From NCBI GenBank assembly GCA_034521595.1, contig JAXHMG010000003.1:2592001-2656000 (forward strand): a DNA stretch of 64,000 nt, written 5' to 3'. This document shows positions 1-9,433 of the stretch, in pieces. The position numbers were made by a program, and so were the translations under genes. Every line of letters begins with the position of its first letter. Within the stretch, counting starts at the first letter, position 1. Source of the stretch: Gemmatimonadota bacterium (GTDB taxonomy: Bacteria; Gemmatimonadota; Gemmatimonadetes; Longimicrobiales; Gaopeijiaceae). The notes beneath the pieces were generated by a model. The model saw only the letters and a program-made list of their open reading frames with translations, was not told the origin of the DNA and made no database searches.

Positions 1-668
1 ATGGCCATCGCGTCCACGTACATGGCATCCCGCTCGATCCCGGTGAACTCTTCGCCGACCTCGTGGAACACCCGGCGCCACAGGCCACCGACGTGTCGCA
101 TGGCATTCGCCTTGTCCACCAGCGTCACGCGCTCCCGCTCCCGGCTCCGGGCATGCTCGAACGCGGCCCGGATCAGCCGCTCGACCCCTTTCCGCGTCGC
201 GAGGTTTTCCTCGATCGCCAGCTCGTCGGGTGTTCCCTTCTTGAAGCTCCCACCGAGTCCGGTGTACTCGCCTTCCGTGTTCTCCCGGAAGATCTCCAGC
301 CGGAGCCCCGGCTCCACGGAACGCAGGGGGCAGTGGTCCCGATCCAACAACACGCACGGCCGGTAGTTCACGTACAGATCGAGCTTGAACCGCATTCCCA
401 GCAGGATGTCCTTCGCGTGCTCGTTCCCGGGCACCCGCGGATCCCCCAGAGCGCCGAGCAGAACCGCGTCGTGCTCGTCCGCGAGCGAGCGGAACTCGTC
501 GTCCGTGATGGTCACTCCTTCCCGGAGATACCGCTCCGCGCCGAGATCCCACTCCACGAGCTCATAGGGCTCAGCGGAAGTTTCGCCGCACGCATCGAGC
601 ACGCGACGGGCTTCCGCCAACACTTCACTTCCGATTCCATCGCCGGGAATGAGGGCGATCCTGGGCAT
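1..668 (-). CDS. Isocitrate/isopropylmalate/tartrate dehydrogenase family protein (3' end runs off the window)
   Basis: Not in the ORF track. Manual minus-strand translation from ATG 668 gives MPRIALIPGDGIGSEV...IFRENTEGEY...VTLVDKANA...MYVDAMA, typical beta-decarboxylating dehydrogenase motifs. Confidence 0.9.
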   Translation of the reverse strand, partial: MPRIALIPGDGIGSEVLAEARRVLDACGETSAEPYELVEWDLGAERYLREGVTITDDEFRSLADEHDAVLLGALGDPRVPGNEHAKDILLGMRFKLDLYVNYRPCVLLDRDHCPLRSVEPGLRLEIFRENTEGEYTGLGGSFKKGTPDELAIEENLATRKGVERLIRAAFEHARSRERERVTLVDKANAMRHVGGLWRRVFHEVGEEFTGIERDAMYVDAMA

Positions 669-758
669 CTCGATCCGTTGATTGCGGGTGCACTCGGCCG
701 ACGAGGCGCCGGACATTAAATGAATGGGACGGGCGGTGCCACCGTCCGTGAACGGCGC

Positions 759-1247
759 TCACCGTCCGTCCGGCACGGCGACGACCACGACTCCGCGACG
801 CGGCGAGAGGTTCCCCTCGACGCGGTAGGGATAGCGCCCCTCCGGCGCCCCTACGAACGAGAGGACGAAGCGGCTCCCGCGGGAGACGAGCGGGGGCGAA
901 TCCATCTGGTCGAGCTCCTCCATGAAGGCGAGCGCGTCGGACGCGAGGCTGTCCCGATCGAACCGGATCTCGTGGACCCACGAGTCCGCGGTGACGAACT
1001 GGAGATAGTCACCGGTGAGCAGCCGGATCTCTGAAGGTTCGACCGCTCCACCTTCTCCCCCGGACAACACGACCTCGTGCACTCGGTCGCCCGGCTCGAG
1101 TCCGAGCCGGCTTTGCAGGCGTTGATCGGGAGGCAGATCGGATTCCTGGTTACCGCACCCGGTGACGAGCACGGTGGCTGCCAGGGCCCGGAGGATCCGA
1201 CGTGTCCACCCGTGTCCAGGCCGCCCCCTCGAAACACGAACCGTCAG
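759..1247 (-). CDS. Putative lipoprotein with cupredoxin-like beta-sandwich; start uncertain
   Basis: Hydrophobic stretch plus lipobox (LAATVLVTG-C). VEPSEIRLLTGDYLQF...HEIRF...PEGRYPYRV...GVVVV resembles the plastocyanin/azurin pattern. No clean in-frame ATG/GTG upstream of the signal peptide. Confidence 0.55.
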   Translation of the reverse strand: MTVRVSRGRPGHGWTRRILRALAATVLVTGCGNQESDLPPDQRLQSRLGLEPGDRVHEVVLSGGEGGAVEPSEIRLLTGDYLQFVTADSWVHEIRFDRDSLASDALAFMEELDQMDSPPLVSRGSRFVLSFVGAPEGRYPYRVEGNLSPRRGVVVVAVPDGR

Positions 1248-1897
1248 GGCGCGCGCTCCGTCCCGCAGGCGATGCAGAAACGCCATTCCGGCTCGAGCTG
1301 CTCGCCACACCCCGCGCAAGGCACGGCGTGCACGTCGATCCCGCAGTAGGGGCAGAAGTTCAGGTTGTCCCTCGCGGGCAAGGGAGCTCGACACCAACGG
1401 CAAGCATCCGCCTGCTGCATATCTTCCTCTCCGGCATCGCCAGCGAATTCCGCAGTGCTCGGGGCGGCCTCCCCATCACTCGTTGCCGCGTCCTGCCTCC
1501 CCACGGCGCCGACCTCGGCTTCCGGCCGTGCGACCTCCGTACCCCCCTCGTCCCCTTCGCGGCGCCCGGGGTTGAGCCGCACGTCCACCGCCGCGTACTC
1601 GCGATACACTCCGGTATTCGGATTGCGGGACTGGAGCTCCGAGCGCAGGTCTTCGAGCGCATGGTCCGACTCGAGGACGAGGTAGCCACCCTCACCGGCC
1701 AACAGGCGGATGAGCGCATCCTCGTAGTCCCCGTTCATCTCCACACCGATGCGATCCCGGTGCGTGGGATAGGGCACGAGATCCTGGTAGATCTCGGCCA
1801 CGGTGAAGGGGCTCGTGAGATACTCCGGTCGCTTGGCACGGATCTCCTCCACGAGGACCTGATAGAACGAGTCCAACACCGTGTCGGCGACCGTCAT
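1244..1897 (-). CDS. Double zinc-ribbon domain protein
   Basis: C-terminal CRWC...CPYC...CAGC...CIAC. Start overlaps the stop of the upstream TPR gene. Confidence 0.8.
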   Translation of the reverse strand: MTVADTVLDSFYQVLVEEIRAKRPEYLTSPFTVAEIYQDLVPYPTHRDRIGVEMNGDYEDALIRLLAGEGGYLVLESDHALEDLRSELQSRNPNTGVYREYAAVDVRLNPGRREGDEGGTEVARPEAEVGAVGRQDAATSDGEAAPSTAEFAGDAGEEDMQQADACRWCRAPLPARDNLNFCPYCGIDVHAVPCAGCGEQLEPEWRFCIACGTERAP

Positions 1898-3000
1898 CCT
1901 CGCTCCGTCTCGAGTCTGATGAGCCCAGCGGAGATCGCCCCGCGCAGGAACACCTCCGGGTCACTCCAGGGGATCTCCAGTCCTCGCTGGTCGTGCCAGC
2001 GCTCCGCGAGCCTACGCATGTACTGTCCCACGGTCTCGTGGGAAAACCCCGAATGGTCCCGCATCTGCGTGACGATCTCGGTCCAGGTTCCCCGGAGCCG
2101 GCGCCCGTCTCCGAGACGGACCACGTGAACCCGCTTCGATTCCGACGACTCGCCGCGCTCGAACAACTCGAGCTGCCCCGGATCGTAGGGGGGCACGGCA
2201 TCCGCCTCCACCTTCGACTCGATCTCGGCGAGGAGCTGATCGACGGGATCTCCCGAGTCCTCGAGATCGCGGAGCCGCTGCTCCCACGGGGCGAGATGGG
2301 GCGCTCCCGCGTCGAGATGCCAGAGGATCCGCTTGAGCTCGATGAGCCTCCAGACCGCCAGGGGGTCCCAGTGCTCCGCCGGGGGGACCCCCTCCAACTC
2401 CCTGAGCGCCGCCTCCCAATCGCCACGGTCGTACAACAAATGGCCGAGGTAGACTCGCGCTTCGTGGAGATCCGGGTCGAGCCTCAGCGCCCGGCGAATC
2501 TGTCGGCCGGCGCCGACGTCGTCACCGAGCCGGTGCAGGGCATACCCGAGCGAGGCCGCGGCTTCGGCGTTGTCGGGCCTGGCGGCGGCGGCCTGAGCGA
2601 ATACGTCCCTACAGTCGGCGTACATCGCCGCCCGGTAGAGCGCACGCCCGATCGTGAGCATCAGCTCGAGATCGTCGTCGTACCCGGCGTCCGCGACCCG
2701 TCGGAAGAGTTCCAGTGCCTGCGCGTGACGCCCGAACCGAAGAAGGACCTCGCCGAGGCCGACGAGCGCATCCTCGTGACCGGAATCGAGCAACACCGCC
2801 CGGTCGAACGCCCGTCGTGCCCACGCGTACTCTTCCCTCGCCAGCCTGGCATATCCGAGGCCCACGTAGAGCTCCACCGCGTTCGGATAGAGCGAGAGTC
2901 CCTCTTTGAGCATCTCGAGGGCTCCGTCGTAGTCCCCGTTGTTGTAGAGCTTGTGCGCCTCTTCGTCGTATTCCTCCGAGCTGAGGAACCGTTCGGGCAT
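1894..3000 (-). CDS. Tetratricopeptide repeat protein
   Basis: Repeated TPR helices (LYVGLGYARL, ALVGLGEVLL, AAASLGYALH, ARVYLGHLLY) plus a small C-terminal domain. Confidence 0.88.
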   Translation of the reverse strand: MPERFLSSEEYDEEAHKLYNNGDYDGALEMLKEGLSLYPNAVELYVGLGYARLAREEYAWARRAFDRAVLLDSGHEDALVGLGEVLLRFGRHAQALELFRRVADAGYDDDLELMLTIGRALYRAAMYADCRDVFAQAAAARPDNAEAAASLGYALHRLGDDVGAGRQIRRALRLDPDLHEARVYLGHLLYDRGDWEAALRELEGVPPAEHWDPLAVWRLIELKRILWHLDAGAPHLAPWEQRLRDLEDSGDPVDQLLAEIESKVEADAVPPYDPGQLELFERGESSESKRVHVVRLGDGRRLRGTWTEIVTQMRDHSGFSHETVGQYMRRLAERWHDQRGLEIPWSDPEVFLRGAISAGLIRLETERG

Positions 3001-3114
3001 ATGGGAACGCTCCTTGTCGGACGGTGCCGCCTGCGACGGGAAGGGGTACGGGTGCTCGAAATTAACGCGCAGGCCCTGGAGGAGCTACCCTCGGCGAGGG
3101 CTCACGGGCGCCGC

Positions 3115-3585
3115 TCACGCCTTACCGTAGGCGACCCCACACGCTTTGCACACGAGATCCTTGCCCGAGCGGACGAGCGCGTGGCCGGAGCCGTGCCGGG
3201 GACAGCTCGGATCCCGGCCCGATTCGAGCGCTTCCTTGACCTTCTGCCGCTCGGTGCGTGTCGCCTTCGGGATCGGAAGCTCGTAGCGGAGGGACGAGAC
3301 GCTGCACTCGAAGATCGCCACCGCGCCGCCGTCCTCGTCCGGAAGCACGCCCAGGCGTATGAGGTGCCCCCCGTTCGGGGACTCCATCTGCCGTCCCTGG
3401 TAGTACCGCTTTAGCAGCTGTTTCTGGTTCTCCAGCTGCAATGCCTGATCCAAAACGCCCCCTTTGTCGACGAAAATCGGCCGGGAGTATATCGGGACCG
3501 TGAGGTCCGCGCCACCCGTCCCCACGGGGCCGTAAAAAAGCGGAGCGGGGAGCCGAAAATTCGGCTCCCCGCTCCGCTCGGACAT
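3115..3585 (-). CDS. Hypothetical protein with C-terminal Zn-finger-like motif
   Basis: Protein-like composition; CPRH...CKAC at the C-terminus. Confidence 0.65.
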   Translation of the reverse strand: MSERSGEPNFRLPAPLFYGPVGTGGADLTVPIYSRPIFVDKGGVLDQALQLENQKQLLKRYYQGRQMESPNGGHLIRLGVLPDEDGGAVAIFECSVSSLRYELPIPKATRTERQKVKEALESGRDPSCPRHGSGHALVRSGKDLVCKACGVAYGKA

Positions 3586-3609
3586 ACGGGAGACCCATGA
3601 CCGTCGAGG

Positions 3610-3882
3610 TCAGGCGACGCCCGCGTCCTCCATGTCCTCGGCGCCGTCCTTGGCCGAGCTTCCCTCACCGTGGGCGATGGCCGGCCGGCAGAACCGCGTC
3701 CCGATCTCGTGGAGGCCTCGGAGATCGCTGTCCGTAAGGTCCGGATACCGCTCTCCCAGGTACTCGATGGTCTCGTCCATCCAGTGACGCTGGTCTTCCT
3801 CGGCCGCCTGTAGAACACCACACCGGTTGATGTGGCTGAAAAGCTCGTCTCTTGCACGATCAAGAAGTTTTTCTTTCGACAA
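3610..3882 (-). CDS. Small helical hypothetical protein
   Basis: TTG start preceded by GGAGGGAG RBS; acidic helical composition. Confidence 0.7.
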   Translation of the reverse strand: MSKEKLLDRARDELFSHINRCGVLQAAEEDQRHWMDETIEYLGERYPDLTDSDLRGLHEIGTRFCRPAIAHGEGSSAKDGAEDMEDAGVA

Positions 3883-4019
3883 AGTCTCCCTCCGTCATAT
3901 TGCTGTCCGCTCGGGCCTGCGCCCGGGTATCGGCTCGGGCCTCAGCCGTGTAACGTAACCGTGATCCGAGCTCCAACCAAACCATTCCGGCGACCACCGT
4001 GCCGCGAAGCGCATTCAGC

Positions 4020-5621
4020 ATGACCGACACCCCCACGATCGATCCCGTGACCCTGGAGGTCTACAGACACCTCTTCACCGCGATCTCGGAAGAGATGGGC
4101 GCCACCCTCCGGCGCGCCTCCTTCTCGCCGAACATCAAGGAGCGCCGGGACTACTCCTGCGCTCTTTTCGATCCCCGGGCACGAGCGGTCGCCCTCGGCG
4201 ACCACATGCCGGTCCACCTGGGCGCCATGCCGATGAGCGTCGCTGCCGCCCTCGAAGCGCTCGGCGATCTCGATCCCGGGGATGTCGCCTGCCTGAACGA
4301 CCCCTTCCGCGGCGGCACGCACCTCCCGGATGTCACGCTCGTCGCGCCCGTGTACGATGACGGCGACGCGCTTCTCGGCTACGTGGCGTCCCGCGCGCAT
4401 CATAGCGACATCGGAGGCTCGACGCCCGGCTCGATGCCGCTCGCCCGGGAGATCTTCGAGGAAGGCCTTCGTATCCCGCCGGTACGGCTTCATCGGGCCG
4501 GTACGCGCAACGAGGCGCTGTGGCGCACGATTCTCGCGAACGTTCGCACCCCGGGGGAGCGGGCGGGCGACCTCGACGCCCAGACGGCGGCCCTGAGAAC
4601 GGGGACCCGCCGGCTCCGAGAGATCGTCGCCCGACGGGGTACTCCGGAGACCCTCCTGGCCATGGACGGCCTCATCGCCTACGCGGACCGGCTGGTCGAG
4701 CGGGGGATCGAACGGATTCCGGACGGAACCTACACCGCCGAAGACTGGCTGGAAGACGACGGCTTCGACTCGGGTCCGGTCCGCATCCGGGCTTCCCTCA
4801 CCGTGGACGGCTCCCGGCTGAAGCTCGATTTCGCGGGCTCCGCGCCCCAGGTTCCGGGCGGCGTCAACGCCGTCGCGGCGATCACGGCGTCCGCCGTCCG
4901 TTACGTGGTACGGTGCGTCGTCGAAGCCCTTCTCGGGGAAACCCTACCCGCCGGAGGGGGATCGATGCGCCCCGTCACACTTCGGGTACCGGAGGCGTCG
5001 GTGGTGAACGCGGAGCCCCCGGCCTCCGTGGCCGCTGGCAACGTGGAGACGAGCCAACGGATCACGGATGTCCTTCTCCTCACCTTCGGCCGCGCCCTAC
5101 CGGATCTCATCCCCGCCCTCTCGCAGGGCACGATGAACAACATGACCGTCGGAGGCACCGATCCACGCTCCGGCACGCGCTTCGCCTACTACGAGACCGT
5201 GGGCGGTGGCATGGGCGCGGGTCCCGGGGGCGATGGTCTGAGTGGAGTGCACACACACATGTCCAACTCGCTCAACACCCCGATCGAGGCGCTCGAGCAC
5301 GCGTACCCGGTCCGGGTGACGCACTACGGCCTGCGGCGCGGCACCGGGGGCGCCGGCGAGCACAGAGGGGGCGACGGCCTCCGACGCGACATTCAGCTCC
5401 TCGCCCCCGCGCGCGTCACGCTCCTTTCCGAGCGCCGTCTCACGGGACCTACGGGAGCCCGAGGCGGGCTGCCCGGGACTCCGGGCGCGAATGTCCTCAT
5501 CCGGTCCGGGGAGGAGATGTCCCTGCCCGGAAAGGCTACATTCTCCGTCGACGCCGGGGACACCGTCAGCGTCCGCTCGCCCGGTGGAGGGGGATGGGGC
5601 CCCCTTCGAACGAGCGGGTGA
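4020..5621 (+). CDS. Hydantoinase B/oxoprolinase family protein
   Basis: SPNIKERRDYSCALFD, HMPVHLG, NDPFRGGTHLPD, HHSDIGG, NTPIEALE, PGGGGWG. Confidence 0.95.
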   Translation: MTDTPTIDPVTLEVYRHLFTAISEEMGATLRRASFSPNIKERRDYSCALFDPRARAVALGDHMPVHLGAMPMSVAAALEALGDLDPGDVACLNDPFRGGTHLPDVTLVAPVYDDGDALLGYVASRAHHSDIGGSTPGSMPLAREIFEEGLRIPPVRLHRAGTRNEALWRTILANVRTPGERAGDLDAQTAALRTGTRRLREIVARRGTPETLLAMDGLIAYADRLVERGIERIPDGTYTAEDWLEDDGFDSGPVRIRASLTVDGSRLKLDFAGSAPQVPGGVNAVAAITASAVRYVVRCVVEALLGETLPAGGGSMRPVTLRVPEASVVNAEPPASVAAGNVETSQRITDVLLLTFGRALPDLIPALSQGTMNNMTVGGTDPRSGTRFAYYETVGGGMGAGPGGDGLSGVHTHMSNSLNTPIEALEHAYPVRVTHYGLRRGTGGAGEHRGGDGLRRDIQLLAPARVTLLSERRLTGPTGARGGLPGTPGANVLIRSGEEMSLPGKATFSVDAGDTVSVRSPGGGGWGPLRTSG

Positions 5622-5658
5622 GCCACTCCACGACCCGTCACCAAGTCGCGCACAGGAC

Positions 5659-6075
5659 ATGCATCTCCGATTTTCCGCCATATGCGACGAAGCACACGCC
5701 ACTCCCGAAGGCAAGCTGGAGCTCCACGGCGTGTACCACGACCTCTCCGCCCCGGGATTCCCGGCGCAACAGGACCGCATGGTCCTCGTGCTGGTGCTCG
5801 AATGGGAGCCAGAAGAGCATGGACGCTACCGCTTTCGTGCCGACCTCGAAGATGAGGAGGGCAACGTCTCGCTCACGGTCGAAGGCGAAACCGAAGTCAA
5901 CGCCCCGACATCCGGGAACCCGCCTTCACGCAGCCAGCTGATCATGCCCATCGAAGGCGTGATCTTCCCGCACCCGGGACAGTACGTGTTCCGCGTCAAG
6001 GTGAAGGGCCGGACCCTCGAAGGCCCGGGCGTGTTTCTCATGGAGGTTCCCGAAGGAGATGCGGCCGGATCGTGA
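5659..6075 (+). CDS. Small beta-rich conserved protein (DUF6941-like)
   Basis: MHLRFSAICDEA...GKL...FPHPGQYVFRV pattern; AGGA RBS upstream. Confidence 0.7.
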   Translation: MHLRFSAICDEAHATPEGKLELHGVYHDLSAPGFPAQQDRMVLVLVLEWEPEEHGRYRFRADLEDEEGNVSLTVEGETEVNAPTSGNPPSRSQLIMPIEGVIFPHPGQYVFRVKVKGRTLEGPGVFLMEVPEGDAAGS

Positions 6076-6896
6076 TGCTCCCCGCGGGCTACGAAGCGAT
6101 CCAGGGGTGCGGCATCAGGGGTTTCGCATGGGGCCCGGCCAGGGACCGGATCGAGCGGGCTCTCCTCGATCACGGGAGCCTCCGCCGCTGGGCTTCCGCC
6201 CTCGGAAGCGGGGAGCCCCTGTCCGGACGGGGAACCGTGATCGCGATCGACGCACCCGCACCGGGTCCCGACGGACACGGCCGGTGGGCCGTGCGGCGAT
6301 ACCTCCGTGGCGGCCAGGTTGCACGGCTCATGGGCGACCGGTACCTGAAAGGCGGGCAGCCCCGCCCGGTACGTGAGCTGCGGGCCTCGTGCACGTGTCG
6401 GGAACGCGGTGTGCCGACCCCGGCCGTGGTCGCGGGCACCGTATACCCGACGGGTCCGCTACACTACCGTGCGGACCTCGTGACCGAGCTCCTGCCCGAC
6501 TCCGCGGATCTGGCGGCCGTGCTGTTCGGGTCGCCCGGAGCCGCTCCACGGCCCGATCCGACCGCCGCGCTCGAGGCGACCGGCTTCCTTCTCGTGCGGG
6601 CGGCCAGCCGCGGCATCAGGCACGTCGATCTGAACGCCAAGAACGTCGTGCTGACGAGCTCGGAAGCGGGTGTGACGGCCCACCTGATCGACCTCGACCG
6701 ATGCCGCGTGCGCGCGCGGCCGCTCGAAGAAGCGGATGCGTCGGCCATGCGCCGGCGGCTGACGCGCTCCCTCCGCAAACATGCGGCACGAACGGGTCGC
6801 GCGCTCGACGACGCGCTCTGGCGCGCGCTCGAGCGGGGCATGGAGCGGGAATCCGCGTCCCTGCCGCCCGAATCGGACCCGGACGACCGCGGATGA
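6072..6896 (+). CDS. kdkA: 3-deoxy-D-manno-octulosonic acid (Kdo) kinase, LPS kinase family
   Basis: VRRYLRGG...DRY...RE...GVPTP...YRADLVTE...HVDLNAKNV...LIDLDR; sits in an LPS cluster. Confidence 0.8.
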   Translation: MMLPAGYEAIQGCGIRGFAWGPARDRIERALLDHGSLRRWASALGSGEPLSGRGTVIAIDAPAPGPDGHGRWAVRRYLRGGQVARLMGDRYLKGGQPRPVRELRASCTCRERGVPTPAVVAGTVYPTGPLHYRADLVTELLPDSADLAAVLFGSPGAAPRPDPTAALEATGFLLVRAASRGIRHVDLNAKNVVLTSSEAGVTAHLIDLDRCRVRARPLEEADASAMRRRLTRSLRKHAARTGRALDDALWRALERGMERESASLPPESDPDDRG

Positions 6897-7987
6897 GGCC
6901 GGGGGAGCGACAGAAGGCTCCGGAATCCGGAGGGGCCGCGATCGCATGGGAGGGGCCTCCCCCCCGTGAAGTTTGCATCGTCATGCTTTCGGCGATCGGC
7001 GATGCCGTGCACGTCCTGCCGGTCGCGAACGCGCTCAAGCGAGCCTGGCCGGAGACCCGAATCACCTGGGTCGTCCAGCCCGTCCCCCACATGCTCGTGG
7101 CCGGGCACCGCGCGATCGACGACTTCGTCGTATTCCGGCGTCGCTCGGGGAGAACGGCCTGGCGGTCCTACCGCGACCTTCGGCGAGCGGTGGCCGGGCG
7201 GTCCTTCGACCTCCTTCTGGGCCTCCAGGTCTACTTCAAGGCGGGCCTCATCACCGCGCTCACACCGGCTCGGGTCAAGCTCGGCTTCGACTTCAAACGG
7301 GCGCGCGATGCCCAGTGGCTCTTCACCAATCGGCGGATCCCGGCGCACCCGCCCCGACACGTTCAGGACCAGTACTTCGAGTTCCTGCACGCCCTCGGCA
7401 TCGACGAGCACCCCCTCCGCTGGGACATCGAGTTCACCCCGGAGGAGCGTTCGGCCCAGCGCGCCTTCCTCGCCGACCTCGACCGACCGGCTTGCGCGGT
7501 CGTCGTGGGCACGAGCAAGCGGGAGAAGAACTGGAGCCCGGACGGGTACGCCCGGGTGTTGGAAGTGGTGGAACGGGAGCACGGGCTACGCCCCGTGCTC
7601 ATCGGCGGCCCGTCCCCGATCGAGCGCGCCATCGCCGACGAGGTCATCGGCAAAACGCAGGCCTCCGTCGTCGATGCGCTCGGAGACGACCTTCGCCGCC
7701 TCACCTGGATTCTCGACGGAAGCCAACTGCTCATCTCGCCGGACACGGGACCACTCCACGTCGCACGCGCGCTCGGCACCCCGGTGGTCGGCCTCTTCGG
7801 ATACACGAACCCCAAGCGCTCCGGGCCATACGGGGCGTTCCAGGATCTCGTCGTCGACGGATATGCGGCGTACCCGGGCGAGGATTACCCCATTACCCCC
7901 CGGTATCGCGACGGCATGGGACGGGTCACCGTGGACGCCGTGCTCGAGAAGGTCGCGCTCGCGATGGACCGGTACGTCAACCCGTGA
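6893..7987 (+). CDS. Glycosyltransferase family 9 (heptosyltransferase-like)
   Basis: LSAIGDAVH, KNWS, SPDTGPLHVARALGTPVVGLFG. ATG 6893 overlaps the kinase stop. Confidence 0.93.
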   Translation: MRPGERQKAPESGGAAIAWEGPPPREVCIVMLSAIGDAVHVLPVANALKRAWPETRITWVVQPVPHMLVAGHRAIDDFVVFRRRSGRTAWRSYRDLRRAVAGRSFDLLLGLQVYFKAGLITALTPARVKLGFDFKRARDAQWLFTNRRIPAHPPRHVQDQYFEFLHALGIDEHPLRWDIEFTPEERSAQRAFLADLDRPACAVVVGTSKREKNWSPDGYARVLEVVEREHGLRPVLIGGPSPIERAIADEVIGKTQASVVDALGDDLRRLTWILDGSQLLISPDTGPLHVARALGTPVVGLFGYTNPKRSGPYGAFQDLVVDGYAAYPGEDYPITPRYRDGMGRVTVDAVLEKVALAMDRYVNP

Positions 7988-8525
7988 TCCACCACGCCTT
8001 GAGCGCGAGGAACGCGAAGGCCGCGAGCCCGCCGGCCAATGCCTCCCATTCCCGGTGGCGGATGTACTGATCCATCCGGAAGCCGGAGCCGCGCCCCCGT
8101 TCGTCCTCCGGCCGGTACGGCGTGATGCGAGGGAGAAAAGCCGGAACCCGCCGCGCGTAGGCCCGATACCGCTCGCCGAAGAGCTCGGTCAGGCGCGCGG
8201 CCTCGACCGCCATCGTCTTGGCATATACGCCGACGTAGAAGACGACGAACAGAGCGGGCCAGATCCAGTGTCCCCCGGCGACGGTCACCCCCAGGCCGAT
8301 GAAGAACGACCCCACGTACAGCGGATTGCGCGTGAACGCGTAGGGTCCGGTGATCGTGAGCTCGCGCTCCTTGTGGATCGTTCCGGCCGCCCACGCCCGG
8401 ATGGCGAGGCCGACCGCCGCTACCGCCGCACCGACGACGAGCAGGCCCGGAGTCGGCCGCGCGAAGACGAGGAACGGTACGACGAGGAGCCAGACGGCCT
8501 TGAGTCGAAGGCGGTTGAGATTCAC
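7977..8525 (-). CDS. ICMT/PEMT-family membrane methyltransferase
   Basis: LTITGPYAFTRNPLYVG...E...L...FGERYRAYARRVPAFLP. Confidence 0.88.
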   Translation of the reverse strand: MNLNRLRLKAVWLLVVPFLVFARPTPGLLVVGAAVAAVGLAIRAWAAGTIHKERELTITGPYAFTRNPLYVGSFFIGLGVTVAGGHWIWPALFVVFYVGVYAKTMAVEAARLTELFGERYRAYARRVPAFLPRITPYRPEDERGRGSGFRMDQYIRHREWEALAGGLAAFAFLALKAWWITG

Positions 8526-8554
8526 GGCTGCGAAGATGGGGGCTCGGCGCGTGG

Positions 8555-9433
8555 TCAGTGCGACCGGCGAGACGTGCCCGCCGCGGCCGCTCGCGCTTCC
8601 ATGACCGCCGCCCTCGACTCCGGATGGAGAGGCACCCCTTCCTGAATGGAGCGGAGGTGGAGCGTGAGCGATCCCGGGAACTTGGGAATGTTCGACTTCA
8701 TGTACACGAGGAGCCTACGATCGTCGTCCGTGAAGTGCAGCTCCGCATCACCGCCCTCGCCGAAGAGCCCGTCGGTCTTGATGACGGGCTTGACGACGAC
8801 CGTCTCGAACGTGCCGGCATCGGTCTCCCGCTCGTCCTTACGGACGACGCGAATGACCACGGGGTTGCCCTCGTCCTTGAAGTACCGGTCCAGCGTGTAG
8901 GTGTCACCCACTTCGAGCGGAAGAGTCCGGATGTAGTAGACGAAGGAGATGTCGTCGAGCGGGATGCTCGAGCCGAGCGGCCCCCATTCGAGATTGTCCT
9001 GGCGCTCCCAGGTCTTCCGCTCCGGAAAGAACTCGAAGTGCCGATAGCTCTCGTAGTTGACCTGATGCACGTCCCGGATATAGCGCCAACTCTGAAGCGT
9101 ATACAGATCGAACCACGTCGTGTACTTGTCCTCGACGCCGAGCCCCATCAGCGAGCCTTCGATGCCCATCGTGGCTCTGTACGTCTCGTTACCCCGCACG
9201 GTCTCGACCTCGTGCACGCTCATGTGGCCCTCGCCCACACCGAAGATCCCCACCTTCACGCCGTACACGAGATGCTCGCCGGGGCCGAAAGGCGCCTCGG
9301 CCACGTACGGATACTCGGGCACCGTATCGGGCTCCGCCGGCGGGGGCGGAGCCTCCGCTCGCTGCGCCCCTACCGGTAGCCCCGCTCCGAGCACGAAGGC
9401 GACCGTCAAGGCGAGCTGCCTTCCGGCCGCCAT
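8555..9433 (-). CDS. DUF3108-like exported protein
   Basis: Signal peptide; PFGPGEHLVY...ETDAGTFET...LHFTDDDRRL pattern. Start overlaps the GT2 stop. Confidence 0.75.
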   Translation of the reverse strand: MAAGRQLALTVAFVLGAGLPVGAQRAEAPPPPAEPDTVPEYPYVAEAPFGPGEHLVYGVKVGIFGVGEGHMSVHEVETVRGNETYRATMGIEGSLMGLGVEDKYTTWFDLYTLQSWRYIRDVHQVNYESYRHFEFFPERKTWERQDNLEWGPLGSSIPLDDISFVYYIRTLPLEVGDTYTLDRYFKDEGNPVVIRVVRKDERETDAGTFETVVVKPVIKTDGLFGEGGDAELHFTDDDRRLLVYMKSNIPKFPGSLTLHLRSIQEGVPLHPESRAAVMEARAAAAGTSRRSH

